64,000 nucleotides of DNA, from the NCBI GenBank assembly GCA_963793325.1, contig CAWBZU010000001.1, positions 659,314 through 723,313 on the forward strand, in the 5' to 3' direction. Below the pieces are notes generated by a model. The model was not told where the DNA came from and made no database searches. It saw only the letters and a list, made by a program, of their open reading frames with translations. This DNA is from an uncultured Flavobacteriaceae bacterium (GTDB lineage: Bacteria; Bacteroidota; Bacteroidia; Flavobacteriales; Flavobacteriaceae). Position numbers and translations under genes: made by a program. Below, one piece after another: positions 10,984 to 19,406 of the stretch (its first letter is position 1; every line of letters starts with the position of its first letter).

Positions 10984-11018
10984 AAAAAAATCCCATCGTG
11001 AAGTTATCACGACAGGAT
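10984..11018 (-). terminator. Intrinsic terminator after rpsU
   Basis: Minus strand reads atcctgtcgtga-taact-tcacgatgggat followed by ttttttt. The stem is 12 bp (two G-U pairs) with a 5-nt loop and a 7-U tail. Confidence 0.8.
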
Positions 11019-11042
11019 ATTTAAAACCTTTAAAAGCTATTC

Positions 11043-11237
11043 TTATATTTCTTCCTGGTCCCTTAGGCCCTGAATATACTGTGCTTTCTGTATTTGTTGT
11101 CTTCTTTCAACTGAAGGCTTGGTAAACTGCTGGCGTTTTCTTAACTGACGCATAGTACCTGTACGATCGAACTTCCGTTTAAAACGTTTTAAAGCTCTGT
11201 CTATATTTTCTCCTTCTTTTACTGGTATAATCAACAT
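11043..11237 (-). CDS. rpsU: 30S ribosomal protein S21 (bS21)
   Basis: 64 aa: MLIIPVKEGENIDRALKRFKRKFDRTGTMRQLRKRQQFTKPSVERRQQ... Confidence 0.96.
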   Translation of the reverse strand: MLIIPVKEGENIDRALKRFKRKFDRTGTMRQLRKRQQFTKPSVERRQQIQKAQYIQGLRDQEEI

Positions 11238-11245
11238 AGGCTACA

Positions 11246-11253
11246 ACCTCCTT
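11246..11253 (-). promoter_or_regulatory. Strong Shine-Dalgarno sequence AAGGAGGT 8 nt upstream of the rpsU ATG
   Basis: Minus strand reads gaaAGGAGGTtgtagcctATG. Spot checks of tuf, rpoB, trpE, ftsH and ddl leaders show A/T-rich sequence with no GGAGG. Confidence 0.75.
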
Positions 11254-11274
11254 TCTTTAATAATTTTGCGTTTG

Positions 11275-11282
11275 CAAATATA
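11275..11282 (-). promoter_or_regulatory. Bacteroidota -7 promoter box TATATTTG (TAnnTTTG) for rpsU
   Basis: Exact match to the TAnnTTTG consensus on the minus strand, about 38 nt upstream of the rpsU ATG. Confidence 0.55.
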
Positions 11283-11308
11283 GAATGAATAAATTAAACG
11301 GTAACAAA

Positions 11309-12472
11309 TTATTTTAAAATATTCTTGGCTATTACTATTTTTTGTATCTCTGTGGTACCTTCTCCAATGGTACAAAGCTTCGCATCCCGGTAGAATTTTT
11401 CTACAGGAAAATCTTTCGTATAGCCATACCCTCCATGAATTTGGACAGCTTCATTTGCGACTTTTACACATACTTCTGAAGCAAACATTTTTGCCATTGC
11501 ACTTATTTTGGTCATCTTACGACCTTCATTTTTTAAGAATGCCGCTTTGTGAAGCAATAATTCCGAGGCCTCAATTTCAGTAGCCATATCTGCCAGTTTA
11601 AATGATATTCCCTGAAAGGAACTAATGGGCTTGCCAAACTGTACCCGTTCCTGAGAATACTTTAAGGAAGCTTCATATGCCCCTTTAGCTATTCCGAGAG
11701 ATAAAGCACCTATTGATATACGTCCTCCATCCAAAACTTTCATAGACTGAATAAAGCCGTCACCTATTTTGCCAAGTCTCTGGCAATCCGGAATTCTACA
11801 ATTATTAAAAATCATTTCAGCAGTTTCACTTGCACGCATCCCTAATTTATCTTCTTTCTTACCACTTGTAAAACCTGATGTCCCTTTTTCAACTACAAAA
11901 GAAGTCATCCCATGACTATCTCCCATTTCTCCTGTTCTTGCTATTACAACGGCAATATCTCCACTTTTACCATGTGTTATAAAATTCTTTGCGCCGTTAA
12001 GAACCCATTCATCGCCTTCTTTAATTGCAGTTGTACTCATACCTCCTGCATCGGAACCTGTATTGTGCTCAGTTAATCCCCAGGCACCAATCCATTCTCC
12101 GTGAGCAAGTTTCGGAATCCATTTTTGTTTTTGATCTTGATTCCCAAAAGATAAAATATGATTTGTACACAAAGAGTTATGAGCTGCGATTGACAGCCCT
12201 ATGGAAGGATCTACCTTTGATATTTCTTCAATGATAGCTATATATTCATGATAGCCTAAACCGGCACCACCCAATTCATGAGGAACCAATACGCCCATAA
12301 AACCATATTCTCCGGCCTTTCTAAGAAGTTCCGCAGGGAAAAACTGAGATTCGTCCCAATCCATAATGTGTGGCCGTATATATTGTTCCGCAAATTTCCT
12401 GGCCGACTCGGCAACATGGTGTTGGGTCTCAGAATAATCAAAATTAAAAATAGACATAGTGTCTGTAGTCAT
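11309..12472 (-). CDS. Acyl-CoA dehydrogenase
   Basis: 387 aa with typical ACAD blocks (GAWGLTEHNTGSDAGG, a C-terminal QIHGGYGYTKDFPVEKFYRDAKLCTIGEGTTEIQ). Confidence 0.92.
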   Translation of the reverse strand: MTTDTMSIFNFDYSETQHHVAESARKFAEQYIRPHIMDWDESQFFPAELLRKAGEYGFMGVLVPHELGGAGLGYHEYIAIIEEISKVDPSIGLSIAAHNSLCTNHILSFGNQDQKQKWIPKLAHGEWIGAWGLTEHNTGSDAGGMSTTAIKEGDEWVLNGAKNFITHGKSGDIAVVIARTGEMGDSHGMTSFVVEKGTSGFTSGKKEDKLGMRASETAEMIFNNCRIPDCQRLGKIGDGFIQSMKVLDGGRISIGALSLGIAKGAYEASLKYSQERVQFGKPISSFQGISFKLADMATEIEASELLLHKAAFLKNEGRKMTKISAMAKMFASEVCVKVANEAVQIHGGYGYTKDFPVEKFYRDAKLCTIGEGTTEIQKIVIAKNILK

Positions 12473-12484
12473 TATTGCAATTTT

Positions 12485-13354
12485 TTATAGCGACAAATAT
12501 AATTTAATTCTATCAATCTTGTCTGACGGGAAATCCTCTATTTTTTTCAATTCATTAAATGATTGGATAATCCCCACACTATCTCTATATGTAACTATTT
12601 GAAAAGCAAGATCTTGATTAAGATAAATCAGTTGTTCAAGCTCGCCTGCTGTAGCAGTATTTATATTGATCTTTCTAATAACAGGTTGTTGCTTGACGCT
12701 GTATTTTTTCAATACCCTGCTGACAACATCTTCCTCCAGACCGTAAACATCATACAGCTGTTCATTTACCATAAAGCCTCCTAATCTGTTTCTGAACTTA
12801 ACAATCCTGGCCGATAATTTATCGCCAATTCCATAAATATACTTGAGATCTTCGGCTGTTGCCAGGTTCAAATCTTTATACTCTTCCCGGTTTAAAGTCA
12901 AATTTTCAAAGCCTTCATTTTTTTCGACTTTGGTTTGTTGGGTCCATTCCGGAAATCTAAACAATGGTGCCAATTCATATAACAAGGAATCTGATATAAG
13001 AGTAACATTTTGAAATTCTTTTGCTGAATAGACCCACTTATTTTCTGACCTGAACAGGAGTAATCTGTCTATTTCCTTATTGGACATGCCCAGAGTATAA
13101 CCTTTATAATCTGAAATAAAGTTGGGATTAAAAGGATAAAGCTTGGGTGAATCTTGAGTTTTACTATGCTCCCTTATTGAATCCAGCAATTTTTGAACAT
13201 CCATGTCCAATGCAAAGTTAGTTTCTGAAGAATCCGTGACTGTTTTATTGATAATAATGTAAGTCAGTTGTAAACTGAAAATGATGACCAGTAAATAAAA
13301 AATCCCACTTCGCTCCTGTTTATTGAACTCAAAGTGGGATCTAAAATTTTTCAA
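12485..13354 (-). CDS. ComEA-like helix-hairpin-helix membrane-anchored protein
   Basis: 289 aa with an N-terminal TM helix (GIFYLLVIIFSLQLTYIII) and two HhH-like motifs (LNLATAEDLKYIYGIGDKLSARIVKFR; ININTATAGELEQLIYLNQDLAFQIVTYR). Confidence 0.6.
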   Translation of the reverse strand: MKNFRSHFEFNKQERSGIFYLLVIIFSLQLTYIIINKTVTDSSETNFALDMDVQKLLDSIREHSKTQDSPKLYPFNPNFISDYKGYTLGMSNKEIDRLLLFRSENKWVYSAKEFQNVTLISDSLLYELAPLFRFPEWTQQTKVEKNEGFENLTLNREEYKDLNLATAEDLKYIYGIGDKLSARIVKFRNRLGGFMVNEQLYDVYGLEEDVVSRVLKKYSVKQQPVIRKININTATAGELEQLIYLNQDLAFQIVTYRDSVGIIQSFNELKKIEDFPSDKIDRIKLYLSL

Positions 13355-13362
13355 GATCTATC

Positions 13363-14973
13363 CTATTTACTTAATCCTTTTATATCTATTAAATACTTAT
13401 TAAGTTCTTCTTTTACCCTGGGGAACAAAAACAATAAGCCAATCATATTAGGGAACACTAATGCCAGAATCATGGCATCTGAAAATTTAATTACAGCATC
13501 TAAGGTAGCCGCTGCTCCGATAACCACAAATAACAGAAATAAAATTTTGTAGACAACATCTGCTGTTTTTCCCCTCCCGAAAAGGTATTTCCAGGATTGA
13601 AGACCATAATAGGACCATGAAATCATTGTGGAAAACGCAAAAAGAATAATTGCTATTGTAAGGATATATCTAAATCCGGGAATAACAGAATCATAAGCCA
13701 TTGAGGTTAAATCGACCCCTCCAATATAATTTCCGGTTTCGCTGATTAAAACTGTGCTATTCACCGCATTTCCATATTCGAATGCCCCAGCATCCATATT
13801 AAAGAAAATAATAACCAAAGCAGTCATGGTACAAATAACGACCGTGTCAATAAATGGCTCCAAAAGTGCCACTATACCCTCACTTGCCGGGTACTTTGTT
13901 TTCACCGCAGAATGTGCAATGGCTGCAGAACCGGCACCGGCTTCATTTGAAAACGCAGCCCTTTGGAATCCTACAATAATAACACCTAAAATACCTCCTA
14001 ATCCTGCTTCAGGCGTAAAAGCCCCATTAAATATCATTGCAAATGCCTCCCCTATGTATTTGATATTGGCAAAAATTATTACCAACGAAGCCAAAACATA
14101 AATCCCAGCCATAAAAGGAACTATTTTTTCTGTTACGCTGGCAATCTTTTTTATTCCCCCAATGATTACAATTCCAACCAGAACGGCAAGGATTATACCA
14201 ATAATAACACCGGTAGCTCCGCCCTGTAAGTTTAACATAGTGGAAAGTTGTACCGCAGCCTGATTAGACTGAAAAGCATTACCTCCTCCAAAAGAGGCAC
14301 CTACGCATAAAACCGCAAATAAAACAGCCAGAACTTTACCCAAAGCGTTAAAACCTTTTTCCCTTAAACCCCTTGACAAGTAATACATGGGGCCCCCATA
14401 AACAGTACCGTCTTCCCCCACATCTCTGTACTTTACACCAAGGGTACATTCAACAAATTTTGTGGACATTCCGATTAAACCACAGACAATCATCCAAAAA
14501 GTTGCTCCCGGCCCTCCAAGTGCAATTGCAACTGCAACCCCCGCAATATTACCAAGACCCACCGTTCCGGAAACTGCTGTAGCCAATGCCTGAAAATGAC
14601 TTACCTCACCCTCTCTGCTCTCATCTTCAATAGTATCCACCAAATTACCGTCGACTATATTTAATTCAGCTTTTTCTACCCCGTGATGGTCTAATTCATC
14701 ATACTTACCACGTACGGTATTTATTGCCAGTCCAAATTGTGCGATATTAGGAAACTTAAAATAAATAGTAAAAAAAGTAGCTCCTATAATTAAAAGAAGA
14801 AGTACAATGGGCATATCATAACCTGCAATCGGAATTGAAGTAAGAATAAAACCTTCCCACCAGGTGGCCACCGGCATAAATGCGTCATTTACTTTTTCGT
14901 CAAGGCCTTTGTCCTGAGCAATTGTGAGTAATGGGATAAATAAAGTTAAAATTGAAAGAAGTCTGTGCTTCAT
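13363..14973 (-). CDS. Alanine/glycine:cation (sodium) symporter, AGCS family
   Basis: 536-aa polytopic membrane protein with the AGCS signature region GLGNIAGVAVAIALGGPGATFWMIVCGLIGMSTKFVECTLGVKYR. Confidence 0.9.
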   Translation of the reverse strand: MKHRLLSILTLFIPLLTIAQDKGLDEKVNDAFMPVATWWEGFILTSIPIAGYDMPIVLLLLIIGATFFTIYFKFPNIAQFGLAINTVRGKYDELDHHGVEKAELNIVDGNLVDTIEDESREGEVSHFQALATAVSGTVGLGNIAGVAVAIALGGPGATFWMIVCGLIGMSTKFVECTLGVKYRDVGEDGTVYGGPMYYLSRGLREKGFNALGKVLAVLFAVLCVGASFGGGNAFQSNQAAVQLSTMLNLQGGATGVIIGIILAVLVGIVIIGGIKKIASVTEKIVPFMAGIYVLASLVIIFANIKYIGEAFAMIFNGAFTPEAGLGGILGVIIVGFQRAAFSNEAGAGSAAIAHSAVKTKYPASEGIVALLEPFIDTVVICTMTALVIIFFNMDAGAFEYGNAVNSTVLISETGNYIGGVDLTSMAYDSVIPGFRYILTIAIILFAFSTMISWSYYGLQSWKYLFGRGKTADVVYKILFLLFVVIGAAATLDAVIKFSDAMILALVFPNMIGLLFLFPRVKEELNKYLIDIKGLSK

Positions 14974-15062
14974 AATAGTTGTTTTTTGGTTTTATCTGGT
15001 CTGTAATGGTGGCAATATCCTAAAAATTAGCAATACAAAAAAATCTAATTATTTCCATGGGC

Positions 15063-16070
15063 CTAATTCAAATGAAACATTTGGTTTAACTTTTTGATCT
15101 GTTCCGGCCTTCCTAAAACTATTACTTTACTCTTGGGCTCCAGAGGTAAATCAGCCTCCGGATTAATTATATAATTGCCATTTGGTTCAATATAACCAAT
15201 GATGGTACATCCTGTTTTTCTTCTGAGATCCAGGTCCCTTAAAGAATTACATTCCATTTGATCGGCAAAATCTTCAATCGCAACCTCTTCCAGATTGGTA
15301 GTATTTTCCCCTTCTGTAGATAATTTATCCATGAATGTGATCAAATCTGGTATGACTACCAGGGAAGCCATATGATCACCCCCTATTTTATCCGGCATTA
15401 TAACTTTATCCGCCCCCGCCAATTTCAATTTCTTCTGAGATGAAACCTGCGAAGCCCTGCTAATAATAAATAATTTTTGATTTAGCTGACGTGCGGACAA
15501 AACTACAAACAAGTTATCCGCATCATCTGGTAATGTTACGATAACATATTGAGCTTCCCGCACACCGGCTGATATTAATATTTCATCCTCGTTAGCATCC
15601 CCCTCTACAAATAAGATATCTTCTTCGTGTTTTTGAATAATATCTTTGTCATTTTCAATAACAACGAAAGGCTTTTTATAAGCCTTAAGGCGTTCCACTG
15701 CTTGCATTCCATTACGTCCATAACCACAGACAATAACGTGATTGGATAATCTGTTAATCATTTTTAATACCTTTTTTGATTTTAGTAGCTGTAACTGATT
15801 TCTACTGAATATGTATTCAGTTATCACAGAAATTGCATAAGCCAGTATAAATACACTGCTTATTATTAAAGAAATAGTAAAAATTTTTGATTTTACATCC
15901 ATTGGACCAACTTCATTATATCCAACGGTTGTAATTGTAATTATGGTCATATAAACGGCATCCAACCAGGGATAGTCAGCTATAAAATGATACCCCAATG
16001 ACCCTACAAGTAATATAGAGAACATTAATGTAATGGCCATGTAAATTTTAGAACGAAAAAGTCTAATCAT
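15063..16070 (-). CDS. Two-TM K+ channel-like protein with RCK (TrkA-N/TrkA-C) domains and an atypical TVGYN filter
   Basis: 335 aa with M1, a pore helix plus filter (AVYMTIITITTVGYNEVGP), M2, a Rossmann-type RCK-N (VIVCGYGRNGMQAVERL) and a TrkA-C-like tail. Confidence 0.85.
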   Translation of the reverse strand: MIRLFRSKIYMAITLMFSILLVGSLGYHFIADYPWLDAVYMTIITITTVGYNEVGPMDVKSKIFTISLIISSVFILAYAISVITEYIFSRNQLQLLKSKKVLKMINRLSNHVIVCGYGRNGMQAVERLKAYKKPFVVIENDKDIIQKHEEDILFVEGDANEDEILISAGVREAQYVIVTLPDDADNLFVVLSARQLNQKLFIISRASQVSSQKKLKLAGADKVIMPDKIGGDHMASLVVIPDLITFMDKLSTEGENTTNLEEVAIEDFADQMECNSLRDLDLRRKTGCTIIGYIEPNGNYIINPEADLPLEPKSKVIVLGRPEQIKKLNQMFHLN

Positions 16071-16072
16071 AG

Positions 16073-16300
16073 CTACAGATCAAAAACCGAATTTCTTTTT
16101 GTATAGATCAGATCCTTAATTCCTAACCAAAAAGCTAAAAACAGGTACAATGCAAAGCCAAAACCCAAAGTTACAAAGGTCAGGTAGATAAATGTAGTTC
16201 TTACGACCCGGGCACGAATACCCAGACGCTCTGCAATACGCCTGCATACTTCGAAGCCGCGCTTTTGAAAATAATACAAGAGTTGATAGAATATATTCAT
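16073..16300 (-). CDS. PspC domain-containing small membrane protein
   Basis: 75 aa with a PspC-like N-terminal amphipathic region (GFEVCRRIAERLGIRARVVRTTFIYLTFVTLG) followed by a TM helix. Confidence 0.65.
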   Translation of the reverse strand: MNIFYQLLYYFQKRGFEVCRRIAERLGIRARVVRTTFIYLTFVTLGFGFALYLFLAFWLGIKDLIYTKRNSVFDL

Positions 16301-16312
16301 TTTTTAAAAATA

Positions 16313-17593
16313 CTATTTTCCTTTTAATAAACTGTCTCCCACAACACATTCCATACATCTATTTTTCGAACAATAGGAATTGTAAAGTTGGAGTACAGCC
16401 TGACTATCCATCGCATTGTTACACTTAACTCCCAGAGAATTGTACTTTCTGATGATTTTATTATCCTCACGCTTTAATTGGCGTATTAACGAAATAATTT
16501 TTGAACTGCCATCTGCCCCGTGCCATTTGGAATAACAAAAGATCATCGGGAGAATGGTATTTATAAGCAATAAATCAATAAAATTTTTACTGAGTTTATT
16601 TTCCCGCTTCGTGGAAAGCTTACCAAAAACATAATGATCTTTCCAATAATCGCTCGCAGATATTTTAAAAATTTCATAAATCTGGTCCAACCGAGAAACA
16701 GCTATTATAGCACTAAACAACTGCGGCCGTTTCACATATAAATTAGCAACTTGCGATAAACGTATGGTGGGAAAGTTAGCAGGACGTAATCTAAAAAATG
16801 ACGGACTTATAACAGCGTGATTATTAATCCTGAATTTATCATATAAATAAGAATATTCCTTCTTCATTTTGGTGAGAAATTCATCTTTGGGTGAGGGATT
16901 GTTGAGCAGACCTGACAGGCCAAATAGAATTGTTTCCAGCTGAAAAACATTTTGTGATAATTTCCGGATAATTCCAAAATCCAGAGTTTTACCAAGACTC
17001 AAAAATGCCTCACCGTTTAACTTCAACCCAAAATTTTTTAATAATAATATGAAAAGTACTTTTTCCCAGTCATTCCTGGCTTCTGCCAATAAACTGTTTA
17101 TTTCATTAGATTTTTCTTCCAGTCTTTCAAAATATAGGCGTTCTAACCAAACAGAGAATTTAAAGTGGTTAGTGGTAGTAATATCTGCCTCACAGTTGAT
17201 AAAATTATCCCGTGATATATTGAATAATTTATAATAATTAACCAGTATATAATCAGGTATAAAATTTTTAAGCTCAAGGGTAGGTATTTCGGTTTTGTTC
17301 TTCCTGTATACCTTTATATCTTCTTCCCAAACTACATGTAAAATTACATTGTCATAATTATTATCGGTGTTGTGCTGATGCGCATACCAATCAGAGGATT
17401 TTACATGTACTTCTATATTTCCCGCCCAAAGTTGTCCGTCAATTTCCAATTTGGCATGAAAGAAATCAGGTCCGGAATTATAATTATGGATTCCCAGGGA
17501 TAAGATGTGTAATGGCTTTCGCCGGGAGGTGTAGAGACCTTCAAAAGGAATTTTTCCATTTTTCCAGATGTAATGTAAGAGATCTTCACGCAT
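16313..17593 (-). CDS. DUF2851 family protein
   Basis: About 426 aa from the ATG at 17593 (MREDLLHYIWKNGKIPF...), which is the typical DUF2851 N-terminus. The ORF-track start at 17638 is a likely over-extension. Confidence 0.6.
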   Translation of the reverse strand: MREDLLHYIWKNGKIPFEGLYTSRRKPLHILSLGIHNYNSGPDFFHAKLEIDGQLWAGNIEVHVKSSDWYAHQHNTDNNYDNVILHVVWEEDIKVYRKNKTEIPTLELKNFIPDYILVNYYKLFNISRDNFINCEADITTTNHFKFSVWLERLYFERLEEKSNEINSLLAEARNDWEKVLFILLLKNFGLKLNGEAFLSLGKTLDFGIIRKLSQNVFQLETILFGLSGLLNNPSPKDEFLTKMKKEYSYLYDKFRINNHAVISPSFFRLRPANFPTIRLSQVANLYVKRPQLFSAIIAVSRLDQIYEIFKISASDYWKDHYVFGKLSTKRENKLSKNFIDLLLINTILPMIFCYSKWHGADGSSKIISLIRQLKREDNKIIRKYNSLGVKCNNAMDSQAVLQLYNSYCSKNRCMECVVGDSLLKGK

Positions 17594-17651
17594 GCACCTA
17601 AAATAAAAGATCCCACTGAAAGCGGGATGCAGTATCATAGGTTTAAGATGG

Positions 17652-17960
17652 CTAATCTATATCACCATTCCAATCCAATATCCCCCCCATAAGGTTGTAG
17701 GCATTTGGAATACCAATACTATTCATAATAGAACATGCCTGCCTGCTGCGCTGACCAGATCTGCAGTAAACATAATAATTCCTGGTTTTGTCCAATTTCT
17801 CAAGTTCTTCCAAAAATTCTTGCCCTAAATAAATGTTTAGATTGGTCGATTCAGGAATTTTGCCCTGATCAAATTCTTCCGGTGTCCTAACATCCAGAAT
17901 AAAAGGGTTTTCATCATTTTCCAACATTTCAACCCATTCTTCTTGTGATAAATCTGCCAT
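17652..17960 (-). CDS. Rhodanese-like sulfurtransferase domain protein
   Basis: 102 aa with the active-site loop CRSGQRS and a LDVRTPEEF motif. Confidence 0.88.
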   Translation of the reverse strand: MADLSQEEWVEMLENDENPFILDVRTPEEFDQGKIPESTNLNIYLGQEFLEELEKLDKTRNYYVYCRSGQRSRQACSIMNSIGIPNAYNLMGGILDWNGDID

Positions 17961-18241
17961 TTTATTTTTGTTCTATTTTTTATTGTGGCTAAGGTACAAA
18001 CTCCAAACTTTTTTACAAATATTTATAGCTTTGCAGTTTTGTGAATTACCCAATAGCCTTAATGGTTTTTAGGAAACTTTCTAATATCACCTATCACATT
18101 TCCCTGTTCACCTTGACTAAACAGGGTGATTTCTTATTACAACAACCCCACCGGATGGCCCTAACTAGGTACAAAATATAGGGCATCATTAATTTAACAA
18201 AATTTTATCTACACAAAAGTTGGGGATAATTATAAAATACA

Positions 18242-18260
18242 TACATTTGTATATACAAAT
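18242..18260 (+). promoter_or_regulatory. -7 box TACATTTG overlapped by a perfect 16-bp palindrome ATTTGTATATACAAAT (putative MarR operator)
   Basis: Read directly: the TAnnTTTG match is at 18242..18249 and the palindrome at 18245..18260, ending 11 nt before the MarR ATG at 18272. Confidence 0.5.
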
Positions 18261-18271
18261 ATTGTAGATAC

Positions 18272-18718
18272 ATGAATGTTGAGGCCATAATAAAAACGGA
18301 AAAGAAAATTCCCCTTGGAAGCAGGACTATTATTCATTTGATGTTGGTACATAATAAGGTTACAGAGAATATCTCTCACTCATTTAAACCATTCGGAATT
18401 TCCGCTCAACAATATAATGTCCTGCGAATTTTAAGAGGTCAACAGGGAAAACCTGCTAATCTTTCTACCTTAAATGAAAGAATGATTAGCAAGATGAGCA
18501 ATACCACCCGCCTGGTTGATAAATTAATGAATAAGGGATATGTAGACAGGATAGTATGCCCGGCTAACAGGCGTAAAGTAGAGATTACAATTACAAAGAA
18601 AGGGTTGCAGGCTCTTTCTGAAATGGATGAAGTTTTAAATAAAACCGAACATGAATTGCTGGCCAATTTTACGGATAAAGAACTCGAAAAATTAAATATT
18701 TTACTCAATAAATTTTAA
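18272..18718 (+). CDS. MarR family transcriptional regulator
   Basis: 148 aa with a winged HTH (ISAQQYNVLRILRGQQGKPANLSTLNERMISKMSNTTRLVDKLMNKGYVDRIVCPANRRKVEITITKKG). Confidence 0.92.
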   Translation: MNVEAIIKTEKKIPLGSRTIIHLMLVHNKVTENISHSFKPFGISAQQYNVLRILRGQQGKPANLSTLNERMISKMSNTTRLVDKLMNKGYVDRIVCPANRRKVEITITKKGLQALSEMDEVLNKTEHELLANFTDKELEKLNILLNKF

Positions 18719-18725
18719 ACTACCT

Positions 18726-19358
18726 ATGAATAAATACCTGGAAAGCCTTAATTGGCGCTATGCAACAAAGAAATTTGACAGTGAAAAAATAATATCAGAT
18801 GAAGACCTGGACACTTTGTTAGAAGCTATACGTTTAAGTCCCTCTTCATACGGACTCCAACCCTATCATGTCTTTGTTGTTAAGGATAAAGAATTAAGAG
18901 AAAAATTAAAGCCCGCATCATGGGGTCAGTCCCAAATTACAGATGCATCTCATCTGATAATATTTGCGAACAATACCAGTTTTGATGCCGAGCTGATTGA
19001 CAACTATTTAACAAATATTAGCAACACCAGAGATGTTGATTTAGATAATTTACTGGATTATGGAGATTTTATGAAATCTAAATTAGTAGATCTCCCAAAA
19101 AACACAAAAGAAACCTGGACAGCTAAACAAACTTATTTGGCCTTAGGTAATTTACTTTCGGCCGCGGCGAGTTTGAAAATTGATGCCTGCCCTATGGAGG
19201 GTTTTGATCCGCAAACTTATAATGATCTGTTGGGATTAAAAGAAAAGAATCTCAATACGGCAGTTGTAGCCGCTATAGGATACAGATCTCAGGAGGATAA
19301 TACCCAGCATCATAAAAAAGTCAGACAATCAAAGGAATTATTATTTACCCATATATAA
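18726..19358 (+). CDS. NAD(P)H nitroreductase family protein
   Basis: 210 aa, with RYATKKFD near the N-terminus and SPSSYGLQPYHVFVV, both typical of FMN nitroreductases. Confidence 0.87.
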   Translation: MNKYLESLNWRYATKKFDSEKIISDEDLDTLLEAIRLSPSSYGLQPYHVFVVKDKELREKLKPASWGQSQITDASHLIIFANNTSFDAELIDNYLTNISNTRDVDLDNLLDYGDFMKSKLVDLPKNTKETWTAKQTYLALGNLLSAAASLKIDACPMEGFDPQTYNDLLGLKEKNLNTAVVAAIGYRSQEDNTQHHKKVRQSKELLFTHI

Positions 19359-19406
19359 CTCAATAAATTTAAAACAATCATTAAAAACAAATTAAAATTA
19401 GAAAAC

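Noticed and set aside
14974-15062. A possible riboswitch (for example glycine) upstream of the Na/Ala symporter.
   Set aside because: Only 89 nt separate it from the upstream gene. The segment is A/T-rich and has none of the conserved helices or GGAGAG-type cores I would expect.
16116-16358. An 80-aa alternative-frame ORF overlapping the PspC-domain gene and the DUF2851 3' end.
   Set aside because: It overlaps two better-supported genes and has no motifs.
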